Shown: positions 46,659-55,574, counted from the stretch's first letter. The stretch is DNA of 64,000 bases from Bacteroidota bacterium (GCA_040385565.1 JAZKHD010000010.1:33075-97074); one strand, 5' to 3'. Notes: a model not told the origin generated them from the letters alone. A program made the numbers and translations.

Positions 46659-47105
46659 ATGAAGAAGATAGTAGATTACAGGAAGTTATTAGGTGTGCAG
46701 AAAGATGCCGAATTGAAAGAGTTAAAAACCATTTACAGGAATTTGATGAAGGATTGGCATCCTGACAAATTTCAGGATAGTGAGGAAGCTAAAACCGAGG
46801 CTGAAGTAAAAAGTAAAGAGATCATAGAAGCTTACCACTTTTTGGTGAGTATCGCTCCTGAAACCCTAGCTGCTTCTAAAGAGGAATATGATCAAACTAC
46901 TGTTAATTGCGGCATTGCAGATTATAACTGGGCTGGTTTAGTGCTTACCGTACATTTTCTGGATGGTAGTGCCTATGAATATTTTGGCGTGCCAAAACAA
47001 ATCTACGTGAAACTGGTTAATGCAGATTCACCAGGCAGGTTTGCGCGCAGACACATCTTTACGTCTTTCCCTTACAGGAATATTGCTAAGCTGGCAACAG
47101 CTTAG
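46659..47105 (+). CDS. J-domain protein with a C-terminal KTSC domain
   Basis: The ATG at 46659 gives MKKIVDYRKLLGV. The J-domain HPD motif appears in LMKDWHPDKF. The C-terminal LTVHFLDGSAYEYFGVPKQIYVKLVNADSPGRF is KTSC-like. Confidence 0.65.
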   Translation: MKKIVDYRKLLGVQKDAELKELKTIYRNLMKDWHPDKFQDSEEAKTEAEVKSKEIIEAYHFLVSIAPETLAASKEEYDQTTVNCGIADYNWAGLVLTVHFLDGSAYEYFGVPKQIYVKLVNADSPGRFARRHIFTSFPYRNIAKLATA

Positions 47106-47143
47106 TAAACAAATGCGAAATCGCTGGTGGTCTAAAAAAGATT

Positions 47144-47899
47144 ATGAGCGAATTAAGGCGGTACTACTCAGGAACAAGCGGCTTATTGCTGCCTGTTCCG
47201 AATAAACTTCATTATCCTGAAGAATTTAAGGAAAAAAGCAGGCTTTGTTATTACGGCTCGCTGGCAAACTCCATTGAGGTAAATAGTTCATTTTATAAAA
47301 TTCCTCTGGCATCAACCATTAAGAAATGGGCTGACGATGTACCCCAGGAGTTTAAGTTTACATTTAAGCTCTTTAAAGAAATAACCCACAATAAATTTTT
47401 GGCATTTGATCCTGACTTGATCCGTAAGTTTATTCGGGTAATAAATAATGCGGGTGAAAAAAAAGGATGCTTACTAGTTCAGTTTCCACCGAGCGTAAGG
47501 CTAAGCGAACTCAGGCAAATAAAGGCGTTACTACAGTATGTTCGGGAAAATGATGAGTGCAATGAATGGAACACTGCGGTAGAATTCAGACACGCTTCTC
47601 TTTATAACGACGAAGTTTACGAGATTCTTGATGAATTTAAAATGGGAATGGTTATTCATGATAAATCACCAGCAAGTACACCTTTTATAAATTCTAACAC
47701 ATCGTTTGAATACCTTCGGTTTCACGGCCCCGGGGGTAATTACCGGGGCAGCTACTCCGAATATGTTTTATCTGAATATGCAAGCTACATTCAGGAATGG
47801 CTTGCTGAGGATAAAGCTGTATATGTTTATTTTAACAATACCATGGGTGACGCAATTCGTAATAAAGACGAATTAAAGGCAATGATTACCAATTTCTAG
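47144..47899 (+). CDS. DUF72-family protein
   Basis: 251-aa ORF. Blocks such as SGTSGL, NSSFYKIP, FRHASL, YLRFHG and YVYFNN match the DUF72 (YecE-like) pattern. Confidence 0.7.
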   Translation: MSELRRYYSGTSGLLLPVPNKLHYPEEFKEKSRLCYYGSLANSIEVNSSFYKIPLASTIKKWADDVPQEFKFTFKLFKEITHNKFLAFDPDLIRKFIRVINNAGEKKGCLLVQFPPSVRLSELRQIKALLQYVRENDECNEWNTAVEFRHASLYNDEVYEILDEFKMGMVIHDKSPASTPFINSNTSFEYLRFHGPGGNYRGSYSEYVLSEYASYIQEWLAEDKAVYVYFNNTMGDAIRNKDELKAMITNF

Positions 47900-48636
47900 T
47901 AAAGTTCAGTTATTCCTGCGTATGCTTTGAAGTCAGCAGCCTCTGCATAGGCCTTGAAATTTTGTATATCCTCTCTGATCATCTTCTCGAAAACGCCGTT
48001 GAACAGCGACACTATACCACGACCAACACTGCCTGCAGGAGGGAAGTAGTCTATTTCAACATGGATTTCTGTGCCCGTGCCGTTTAAAGTATCTCTAAAT
48101 TCTACCTTACCAGCATTCTCAATCATAGCATCCTGCACAGACTGCCAGCCTAAATAACTCCCTTCCTCTTCTCTGGTGATTTCTGCATTCCAGTCCAGTT
48201 CAATTAAATTACCTGGAGTATTGGCTATCCAGTGAGATTCTGTGCCACTGGTCTCAGAAACACTTTTCAGGTGTTTCATGAATTTTGGCAGGTTGGATAG
48301 GTCCCTCCAGAAAGCATAGACTTTATCTTTTGGAACATTTACAATAATATCTTCAGTGATGTTAATCGCTTGTGGGTCAGTCGTATCTTTACCTAGTCGT
48401 TCATAAACCGGACAAACCCCGGTGGCCCCCCGATAGATAAGTAATCCACCCGCGGCTGCTCCCTGTAATGCCAAAAATGGATGATCAAATATGTTTTTTA
48501 AACTTTTATAAATGAGATACGACCCTCCTAACAGGGATATAGCACGTTCTCCCTGATCGATATTTTCTTTTCCGGTCGGACTAACACTTAGGTCTTTTAG
48601 TCCATTCATAATTTTAGTTGTTAATTCGTTAGTCAT
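47896..48636 (-). CDS. membrane-anchored SRPBCC (cyclase/dehydrase-like) protein, paralog B
   Basis: ORF 47896-48738. I chose the start at Met35 (48636) because the upstream part is Cys/Phe-rich junk. It shares YRGATGVCPVYERLG, YAFWRDLSNLP, SHW, LDWNAEI and PPAG with 44353-45024. Confidence 0.6.
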   Translation of the reverse strand: MTNELTTKIMNGLKDLSVSPTGKENIDQGERAISLLGGSYLIYKSLKNIFDHPFLALQGAAAGGLLIYRGATGVCPVYERLGKDTTDPQAINITEDIIVNVPKDKVYAFWRDLSNLPKFMKHLKSVSETSGTESHWIANTPGNLIELDWNAEITREEEGSYLGWQSVQDAMIENAGKVEFRDTLNGTGTEIHVEIDYFPPAGSVGRGIVSLFNGVFEKMIREDIQNFKAYAEAADFKAYAGITELY

Positions 48637-48776
48637 GTTTTCTTGGTGTATGTTTCCTAGTGAACAACCGCAAAATTTTAAAGTTTTAAACTTTATGTAA
48701 AAGAAACATGATGCCTTCAATAGCACATTGATTTCCAAACAGAATATTTTAACTTTACCCTATCAAAACAGTTTCG

Positions 48777-50888
48777 ATGACCAATTCTCCGTACCTGCTT
48801 AGCAATGAGCAGTTAATAAATGTTTTTAATTTAACCAAGACTGCTACCGCTATACACGTCGGCGAAAGTGCTATCATCCAATCTGCAAATGATGAAATGC
48901 TTGCTATTTGGGGTAAAGATAGAACTGTAATAGGGAAGACGCTTGAGGATGCATTACCCGAATTGAAGGGGCAGCCATTTATTGCGATGTTTAAACGGGT
49001 TTGGAATGAAGGACTCGTAATTTCCGGGAGTGATACAGCAGCAGACTTGCTAGTGGGAGGGGAATTAAAAACGTTCTATTTTGATTTTGAATATCGCGCA
49101 GTTAAAGATGATTCAGGTAAAGTGATTTGCATATTACATAGTGCAATCGATGTAACAGAACGGGTTTTGAATAGGGAGGTCCTCGATCAGGCAAAAGAAA
49201 AAGAAGAGTTGCTAAGGCGCGAACAAATATTAAATGAAGAGCTTGCAGCTGCAAATGAAGAGCTTAGCGCTACAAATGAGGAATTACAGCAAACTCAGGA
49301 AAATCTGGCGCAGCTAAACAACGCACTTGAAGACAGAGTGGCTGAGCGCATAAAAGACCTTCAGTCGAGTAATGAAAAATATCAGGCACTAAATGAGGAA
49401 TTCAGCGCGCTCAATGAAGAGCAGGCAGCTACTGTAGAAGAACTCTCTTCTGCAAATGAAGAACTGGGCTACAGCGAAGAACGATTTAGAAGCCTTATCA
49501 GACAGGCTCCTGTTGGAATTTGTGTTATCCGTGCTTCAGACTTAATGATTCAAGAGGTGAATGATGGTTATCTGGAGCTTGTCGGAAGAAGAAGAGAGGA
49601 GTTAGAAAACCGTACAATATGGGAGGCAGTAGCAGAAGCCGCGGAAAGTTACGCTCCTGTAATGCATGAAGTCATTGAAACAGGTGTTGCTTTTGTTGCA
49701 AAAGAACATGAGGTGGAGCTTATCCGCGATGGTAAACCGGAACGTGTGTTTGTTGATTTTGTTTACGAACCTGTTAAAAATAGTCAGGGGACTGTAACGT
49801 CGATTATGGTCGTTGGAATAGAAGTGTCTGACAAAGTAATTGCCCGTCAAAGTATAGCCGATGTAGAAGAGCGTATTAGATTAGCAGTAGAGGCTGCCGA
49901 AATTGGAACTTTTGATTTTGACTACAAGACCAATTCAATGGTAACCTCAGAGCGCTTTAATGTAATTTTCGGAGTTGAACATGGGATAACACGGGAGGAT
50001 TTTCTTGTTGCCATTCATCCAGATGATCAACATCTTAGTACAGAGGCCCACGCATTGGCCAGGCAGTCGGGCAAAATGTTTTATGAAGCGCGGTTGATTC
50101 ACCCTGATGACTCATTGCATTGGATGAGGGTACAAGCTAACGTTTATTTCAATGAGAAAGGGGAGCCTGTAAGGCTTTTGGGAACCCTGTTAGACATTAC
50201 GGAATTTAAGCGTCTGCAACAGCAAAAAGACGACTTTATTTCAATTGCAAGCCACGAACTAAAAACACCAATAACAAGTTTGAAAGCGTCCTTACAGCTT
50301 TTAGAGCGTATGAAAGACAAACCTTCCGCTACATTGTTGCCACGATTAATAGATCAGTCGGGCAGAAGCATGGAGAAGATTAGTTCACTTGTAGAAGACT
50401 TACTTAACGTGAGCAGGATGAATGAAGGGCAAATAAAGCTAACAAAAAGCGTATTCAAGGTTGCAGATTTAATCAATGATTGTTGCAATCACGTACGCAT
50501 CGAAGGAAAGCATGAGCTCATTTTTGAAGGTGATCCTGAACTGAGTGTTTTGGCAGATGAACACCGCATTGACCAAGTGGTTGTTAACCTGGTGAACAAT
50601 GTTGTTAAATACGCACCAGATTCAAAACCCATATGGTTGATCGTTAGTAAAGAGGACGGCATGGCAAAAATTTCTGTAAAAGATATGGGGCCGGGTATCG
50701 CACCTCAAAAGATTCCTCATTTATTTGATCGTTATTACCGGGTAGATGATGAAGGTAACCAGGTTTCCGGTCTTGGGCTTGGATTGTACATAAGTGCAGA
50801 CATAGTTGCCCGTCATGGTGGCAAAATTGGTGTAACCAGCGAACTTGGAAAAGGCAGCACTTTCTGGTTTACATTACCGATTGCATAG
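48777..50888 (+). CDS. multi-PAS sensor histidine kinase with an NEEL-repeat coiled coil
   Basis: 703-aa ORF with no TM segment. It contains PAS-like regions, the coiled coil LNEELAAANEELSATNEELQQTQENL, a HisKA H-box (SIASHELKTPIT) and an HATPase_c (GLGLGLYISADIVARHGG). Confidence 0.85.
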   Translation: MTNSPYLLSNEQLINVFNLTKTATAIHVGESAIIQSANDEMLAIWGKDRTVIGKTLEDALPELKGQPFIAMFKRVWNEGLVISGSDTAADLLVGGELKTFYFDFEYRAVKDDSGKVICILHSAIDVTERVLNREVLDQAKEKEELLRREQILNEELAAANEELSATNEELQQTQENLAQLNNALEDRVAERIKDLQSSNEKYQALNEEFSALNEEQAATVEELSSANEELGYSEERFRSLIRQAPVGICVIRASDLMIQEVNDGYLELVGRRREELENRTIWEAVAEAAESYAPVMHEVIETGVAFVAKEHEVELIRDGKPERVFVDFVYEPVKNSQGTVTSIMVVGIEVSDKVIARQSIADVEERIRLAVEAAEIGTFDFDYKTNSMVTSERFNVIFGVEHGITREDFLVAIHPDDQHLSTEAHALARQSGKMFYEARLIHPDDSLHWMRVQANVYFNEKGEPVRLLGTLLDITEFKRLQQQKDDFISIASHELKTPITSLKASLQLLERMKDKPSATLLPRLIDQSGRSMEKISSLVEDLLNVSRMNEGQIKLTKSVFKVADLINDCCNHVRIEGKHELIFEGDPELSVLADEHRIDQVVVNLVNNVVKYAPDSKPIWLIVSKEDGMAKISVKDMGPGIAPQKIPHLFDRYYRVDDEGNQVSGLGLGLYISADIVARHGGKIGVTSELGKGSTFWFTLPIA

Positions 50889-50889
50889 A

Positions 50890-51135
50890 TTATTGTCTGC
50901 TAAGTTTTGATAAATCAAGTTTAATTAGCTGAGATTCATCTACGCCTAGAACCGAGGCAATTTGAAAAAACCGCATTAAAGAAATTTTACTGTGTCCTAA
51001 TTCAATCTTGCTATAGGCATTTTGCGAAATATCTAATTTGGTAGCAATGAAATCCTGTGAATAATTTTTATAATGTCTAATTTTTTTGATGTTGCGGATA
51101 ACCATATCGGCCGTATAATTGAATGCTTTTTCCAT
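50890..51135 (-). CDS. XRE-family helix-turn-helix transcriptional regulator
   Basis: 81-aa ORF. YSQDFIATKLDISQNAYSKIELG is a classic HTH_3 pattern. Confidence 0.75.
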   Translation of the reverse strand: MEKAFNYTADMVIRNIKKIRHYKNYSQDFIATKLDISQNAYSKIELGHSKISLMRFFQIASVLGVDESQLIKLDLSKLSRQ

Positions 51136-51296
51136 GTTATTTCGCTATAAGGTTACAGATTTTCAATTTCTTAACACATGTGGCGTCAAATTTGTTTAGA
51201 GATTTATAATATCACGGCAAAGAAATAAATTGGGTATTTGGTTATTTGCTAATTTTTGATATTTTTAGAAATTAATAGAAAACATTAAAATTTATT

Positions 51297-51485
51297 ATGA
51301 AAAACGGTACAGTAAAATTTTTTAACTCTGAAAAAGGATTTGGGTTTATTAAAGAAGAAAACGGGAATGAAATATTCGTTCACGTATCAGGTCTTATCGA
51401 TGAGATTCGTGAAAACGACCAGGTAGTTTATGAAGTTCAGGAAGGTAAAAAGGGATTAAACGCAGTTAAAGTTAAATTGGCTTAA
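51297..51485 (+). CDS. csp: cold-shock protein (CspA family)
   Basis: 62-aa ORF with RNP-1 GFGFI and RNP-2-like VHVSG motifs (GTVKFFNSEKGFGFIKEENGNEIFVHVSG). Confidence 0.92.
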   Translation: MKNGTVKFFNSEKGFGFIKEENGNEIFVHVSGLIDEIRENDQVVYEVQEGKKGLNAVKVKLA

Positions 51486-51505
51486 TCCGCTAATATAATT
51501 TTAAG

Positions 51506-51552
51506 GCCGTTATACTTATAGCATTTATAAGTATAACGGCTTCTTTTTTTTT
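51506..51552. terminator. strong terminator between convergent csp and the sigma-factor gene
   Basis: Perfect 15-bp stem gccgttatacttata/tataagtataacggc with a 5-nt loop, followed by ttcttttttttt. Confidence 0.85.
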
Positions 51553-51563
51553 AAGTAATTGAG

Positions 51564-52097
51564 TTATGAGTAAGCAACCGTTTTAACAAACTCTGATGCG
51601 TACATTTTAAGTGTGTTTTTTAATATTTGCCTAGCAAGGTGGATTCTTGTTTTCACTGTTCCAATAGGAATGTTGAGTTCATCTGCAATTTCGTAATATT
51701 TATATCCTTCAAAATATTTGATAAAAGGAGCAGCATATTCGGGTTGAAGCCGTGTGATCGCTTTGTTAATGTCTTCCATAGTAAATTTGCTTTCACCAAG
51801 ATTGCTTGATGCGCTAGACTTCAATTGAGCTGATGATAGGTCTTCAGAAGTATCTATTATGCTGTTTCTTTTGGAAATCCTTCTATAGCTATTTATAAAT
51901 GTGTTTTTCATAATGGTGTACAACCACGCTTTCATATTGGTTCCTTCCTTGTACATTTCGGCATATCGAATTGCTTTAATCAGGGTTTCCTGTACAAGAT
52001 CATTCGAATCCTCGATGTCCTGAGTAAATTTTCTGGCGAACAATTCGAGTGTGGTTCTGTGTTCGCAAATCTGCTTGCTTAAAGTAGAGTTTTCCAT
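51564..52097 (-). CDS. sigma-70 family RNA polymerase sigma factor (paralog of 4517-5041)
   Basis: 177-aa ORF, collinear with 4517-5041 and roughly two-thirds identical by eye (MEN..L...IC.HR..LE.FA.KFT..IED.NDLVQ, YEIADELNIPIGTVKTRIHLARQ). Confidence 0.85.
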   Translation of the reverse strand: MENSTLSKQICEHRTTLELFARKFTQDIEDSNDLVQETLIKAIRYAEMYKEGTNMKAWLYTIMKNTFINSYRRISKRNSIIDTSEDLSSAQLKSSASSNLGESKFTMEDINKAITRLQPEYAAPFIKYFEGYKYYEIADELNIPIGTVKTRIHLARQILKNTLKMYASEFVKTVAYS

Positions 52098-52328
52098 AGG
52101 TAGTGAGGGGGTTAGGTATCACTTGGCAGCGCAATTTGCGTACCAATTTACCGGATGGTTTCCATTAAAAAGCTTTGCCCAAGACTTTAGAAACTGCTGC
52201 TTTGCATTGTAATGATAAGATATTTGATTTTTTAGCTCTGCTTAGGCTATTCGATAAGGATGGTATATGGCCGTACACAAAATAGCACTGTAAAAGGCCT
52301 TTAAAAGGTATGTTGTTCGTGTCTCACA

Positions 52329-52377
52329 CCTAGCAGACACCTAGCAAAGACCTAGCAAACACCTAGCAAAGACCTAG
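52329..52377. repeat. 4.5 tandem copies of an 11-bp unit CCTAGCA(A/G)A(C/G)A
   Basis: CCTAG recurs at 52329, 52340, 52351, 52362 and 52373, with exactly 11-bp spacing. The units are cctagcagaca, cctagcaaaga, cctagcaaaca, cctagcaaaga and cctag. Confidence 0.9.
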
Positions 52378-52590
52378 TTTTATTTTCGTCATCTGGGTGT
52401 CTTATCCTTATATAGCTATACAGATTGTCCGATACTGGAAATGGTTTACAGTTTTTGAGGTTGATAAAAACTTAACAATTGTAACACTGTTTAGAGTTGA
52501 CAAATATAATAAATCTTCGATTAGTCCGAAAAGTTATACTGCCTAAGGTTGACAGGTGGGGATTTATTTTTCGCCATGTTTATTTTAACT

Positions 52591-53526
52591 TTAAGTACTT
52601 ACTGGACGAGGTATTTCCTTTTTCTTCCAATGCATCCTCATGGGTTGATCAAGTAAGTGAGCAGTTTGAGGAGTAAGATAATCGCAGCTCATGTGAGGCC
52701 GTAATAAATTATAGTTGGCTATCGCGCTCTTAGTTGCTAATAGAGCTTCAGCATGAGAATTGAACAAGCGATTAAGCTTAAAGTCAACTTTCAAGATTCC
52801 ATTAACCCTTTCTGCCATTGCATTTTCATACGGATCCCCATTGTCCGTCATGCTGATGCTGACACCTGCCTCTCGCAACTTGCTAACATATTGAAAGCTG
52901 CAGTATTGAGAGCCACGATCAGAATGGTGAATCAATGAGCTCGCTGTCCCTTCCTTAGTTCTGGAAGCAATAGCCATTTCCAATGCCTTAATGCAGCCTT
53001 CTGTAGTAAGAAACGGATGCAGGCAATAGCCCACGATCATCCTGGAATGGGCGTCTGTAATTAGGGATAAGTAATTAAAGTCATTACCGACACAGATATA
53101 TGTTAGATCACATACCCAAACTTGTTCTGTCGTCACGACCTGCAAATCCTTGATCAGATTTGGATACTTTTTCATCCAGTGATTAGAATTAGTCGTCTTA
53201 GGTGCTTTTCGACTTGCCCTTATAATCAGGTTATGAGCCTGTAACAGATTATGCAGTTTATCTCTGCCCATTTTAATTTCGCTTAAATGCAGGCTAGGCC
53301 GTATTAGGCGGTACAGTTTGTTTGTTCCTAAACCTGGTATCTAACGACGAAAAGCAGCTACAAGAGCCAGAACTAACATGTTCTGGGTATTAACTTCCTC
53401 CGTATAATCATGCTTTTTATAGTATGCTTGACGGCTTTTACCAAACAGTTTGCAAAGGGGGCCGACGCCAACTTTTGCAATGCGATTATCACGCAGCTTT
53501 AAGACTGTTTGGTACCACGCTTTTTT
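52591..53526 (-). pseudogene. IS3-family transposase OrfB (integrase/DDE core) interrupted by an in-frame TAG
   Basis: The -1 frame is open from the slippery site except for one TAG at 53341-53343 (..LVAAFRR*IPGLGTNKLYRL..). The tracked ORF 52591-53271 (226 aa) is the portion downstream of the next Met. Confidence 0.7.
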
Positions 53527-53876
53527 CTGATCGGTATCTTTAGGTCCTGTTCGGCCACATCAATCAGGCTGTTTAAAGCCAGAATCATGAGGTTCGCTTC
53601 TTTAACTGCACGCTCCAATTCTTTGTTGCGCTGCTGCAGGGCGTGCAGATCTTGTTTCTGTTTTTCCGTCATAGGAGCTAACGTTATTAATCCCTCCTGT
53701 ATTTTTCTGCGATATGCATTTACCCAAAGATTGATTGTTTGTACGCTGTGGATCTCCATGGCTTCAGCTACATCAATGGCGCTTTCTCCATTGAACAAAA
53801 CTCGCAATGTAGCTTCATCTTTGATATCTTCACTGTACTGTCTTTGTGTTAGTAAATTTAGAATATGTTCATGCAT
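53499..53876 (-). CDS. IS3-family transposase OrfA (HTH plus leucine-zipper-like region)
   Basis: 125-aa ORF. It has a helix-turn-helix-like N-terminus and a coiled region (QDLHALQQRNKELERAVKEANLMILALNSLI), and ends just after the slippery heptamer. Confidence 0.8.
   Translation of the reverse strand: MHEHILNLLTQRQYSEDIKDEATLRVLFNGESAIDVAEAMEIHSVQTINLWVNAYRRKIQEGLITLAPMTEKQKQDLHALQQRNKELERAVKEANLMILALNSLIDVAEQDLKIPIRKKRGTKQS
53520..53526 (-). promoter_or_regulatory. programmed -1 ribosomal frameshift heptamer A-AAA-AAG
   Basis: The minus strand reads atc aga aaa aag cgt in the orfA frame. A -1 slip enters the frame that continues (AWYQTVLKLRDNRIAKVGVGPLCKLFGKSRQAYYKK...) into orfB. Confidence 0.7.
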
Positions 53877-54087
53877 TTTTGAAATAAATTTATCTCAAAA
53901 ACTGTAAACCTATGTTAGTGGAAGACATACAAATTTGTAACTCCTGTTTCAGTTATACAAGTTGTATTTTCTGATTTATTTTTTTAGGCTTCCACCTATT
54001 TATTAGTTCACCGTGTTTAAGGTGGGCTTGTTCTGGGGTTAAGTATTCACTATTCATCTTCTACAATAATTTTGAACTCAATGAAAC

Positions 54088-54387
54088 TTATCCTTCCAAA
54101 CGCATAAGGTATTGTATTAGCAAATTTTCCCATTCTTGATCCAGTGAAATACCGGGTCTATGATTCCCCGCTCTCTTGTACCAATAGTCCGCATTCCATA
54201 TGTCACCTTCTTTTCTATGTAGATAAGCGTGGACATGTGCTGAAGAGTCATCGCTTAGGTCATCAATTAAATCATGTGCGGTTTTCCAATCTCCTCTTGC
54301 GTCGTGCCACAACGCTTTTACATGTGGCGGCAGCCCCGCAGGTAAATTGCCGTTTGCAATGGTTCTTTTGAATTCTTCTATTTCCAT
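54088..54387 (-). CDS. conserved hypothetical protein
   Basis: 99-aa ORF. The pattern LWHDARGDWKTAHDLIDD...HVHAYLHRKEGDIWNADYWYKRAG looks like a widely conserved small family that I cannot name. Confidence 0.5.
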   Translation of the reverse strand: MEIEEFKRTIANGNLPAGLPPHVKALWHDARGDWKTAHDLIDDLSDDSSAHVHAYLHRKEGDIWNADYWYKRAGNHRPGISLDQEWENLLIQYLMRLEG

Positions 54388-54481
54388 TGTGTAATTTAAG
54401 TCAGATTACACTGGTAATAATAATTATTTTAATACAATAACTATATTTGTTAACGGTGTTAACTTTTTTTATTAAGAGCAA

Positions 54482-55087
54482 ATGGGAATCGCAGAGCGTA
54501 AAATCAGGCAAAAGGAAGAATTCAGGACGAGTATCCTTGAAGCTGCCTGGTTACAGGTTTTAAGTGATGGTTGGCAGTCTCTTTCTATTCGCAAAATTGC
54601 AGATGCGATTGAGTATAGCGTCCCTGTTATTTACAATCACTTTGAGAATAAAGAAGCCATACTTTTGGAGTTTACCAAAGAGGGATTTCAGAAGCTGACT
54701 GATCATCTTGAAGATGTCAAAGCTAAACATGAGGGTCCGGCGAATCAGCTTGAAGCCATTGCTCATGCTTATTGGGATTTTGCCTTTGAGCATAAAGAGT
54801 ACTACCAGTTAATGTTTGGTTTAGGTATACCGGCTTGCGAACAGGTGAACCAAATCATTGAAATGAAATCGATGACTATGGTGATGATATCTACCATAAA
54901 AGATGCAATTGCTGTTAGCAAAAACAAAGAAGTAGATTTCTTTTTAAAATACCATACCTATTTATCCATATTGCATGGATTGGTTTCTATACAAATGATC
55001 CAAAAAGGAGGACAGCCTGGTAAACACGATAAATTGATACTGCAAGACGCGGTTTCAGGCTTCATTCAGTCTCTGATTTTAAAATAA
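54482..55087 (+). CDS. TetR/AcrR-family transcriptional regulator
   Basis: 201-aa ORF with the N-terminal TetR HTH (LSIRKIADAIEYSVPVIYNHFENKEAIL). Confidence 0.85.
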   Translation: MGIAERKIRQKEEFRTSILEAAWLQVLSDGWQSLSIRKIADAIEYSVPVIYNHFENKEAILLEFTKEGFQKLTDHLEDVKAKHEGPANQLEAIAHAYWDFAFEHKEYYQLMFGLGIPACEQVNQIIEMKSMTMVMISTIKDAIAVSKNKEVDFFLKYHTYLSILHGLVSIQMIQKGGQPGKHDKLILQDAVSGFIQSLILK

Positions 55088-55142
55088 AGAACTTATTTTA
55101 TATGTTTACTGTTATCTGTAAGCAATCTAAAGAAAGAAAGAT

Positions 55143-55574
55143 ATGAAACAACTTTTTAACACTAACTTCAATCATGGCAGCTTAAATTTTACGCTCCTGA
55201 TCTTACGTGTCGCAATTGGTGGATTCATGATGGTACATGGATACGGCAAATTGCAAGGTGTAATGGCGGGTGGCGAAATTCAATTTATGGATCCTTTTGG
55301 TATTGGAGTAGCGGCTTCAATGTACCTGACCATTTTTGCAGAATTTTTCTGTTCCATATTGTTGATTCTTGGCTTGGGCACGCGATTAGCCGTGATTCCA
55401 CTTATAATCACAATGTTGGTGGCCGTTCTGGTTGCTCATGGCGCGGATCCTTTTGAAAAGAAAGAACTGGCTTTACATTATCTGGTAGTTTACTTATTTA
55501 TTCTGGTGATTGGTGCAGGTAAATACAGTATCGATTATTTTATAAGTCGTAATTCTGGTCGCCGCCGGCGTTAA
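55143..55574 (+). CDS. DoxX-family membrane protein
   Basis: 143-aa four-TM ORF. LILRVAIGGFMMVHGYGKL is the typical DoxX start. Confidence 0.8.
   Translation: MKQLFNTNFNHGSLNFTLLILRVAIGGFMMVHGYGKLQGVMAGGEIQFMDPFGIGVAASMYLTIFAEFFCSILLILGLGTRLAVIPLIITMLVAVLVAHGADPFEKKELALHYLVVYLFILVIGAGKYSIDYFISRNSGRRRR

Larger units (their letters stand above)
52443..53910 (-). mobile_element. IS3-family insertion sequence (about 1.47 kb), probably inactive
   Basis: Perfect 17-bp terminal inverted repeats: ggtttacagtttttgag at 52443-52459 and ctcaaaaactgtaaacc at 53894-53910. They enclose orfA, an A-AAA-AAG slippery site and a DDE-type orfB. No clear target-site duplication was seen. Confidence 0.8.

Noticed and set aside
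49182-49484. Nucleotide-level periodic repeats (aatgaagagcttgcagctgcaaatgaagagcttagcgctacaaatgaggaatta...), considered as a possible repeat array.
   Set aside because: They are in frame inside the PAS kinase and encode the (A/S/T)NEEL heptad-like coiled coil typical of this kinase class. This is a protein-level repeat, not a DNA element or a CRISPR array.
52329-52377. Whether the 11-bp tandem repeat or the 42341-42457 repeats could be a degenerate CRISPR array.
   Set aside because: The repeat units are contiguous or only 9 bp apart, with no spacers of 25-40 bp. The units are too short (11 bp). No cas genes are present in the window.
52438-53914. A target-site duplication flanking the IS3 element.
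   Set aside because: The flanks are aat and tat (for ends at 52443/53910) or gaaa and atgt (for ends one base further out). Neither pair is identical, so no duplication is claimed.
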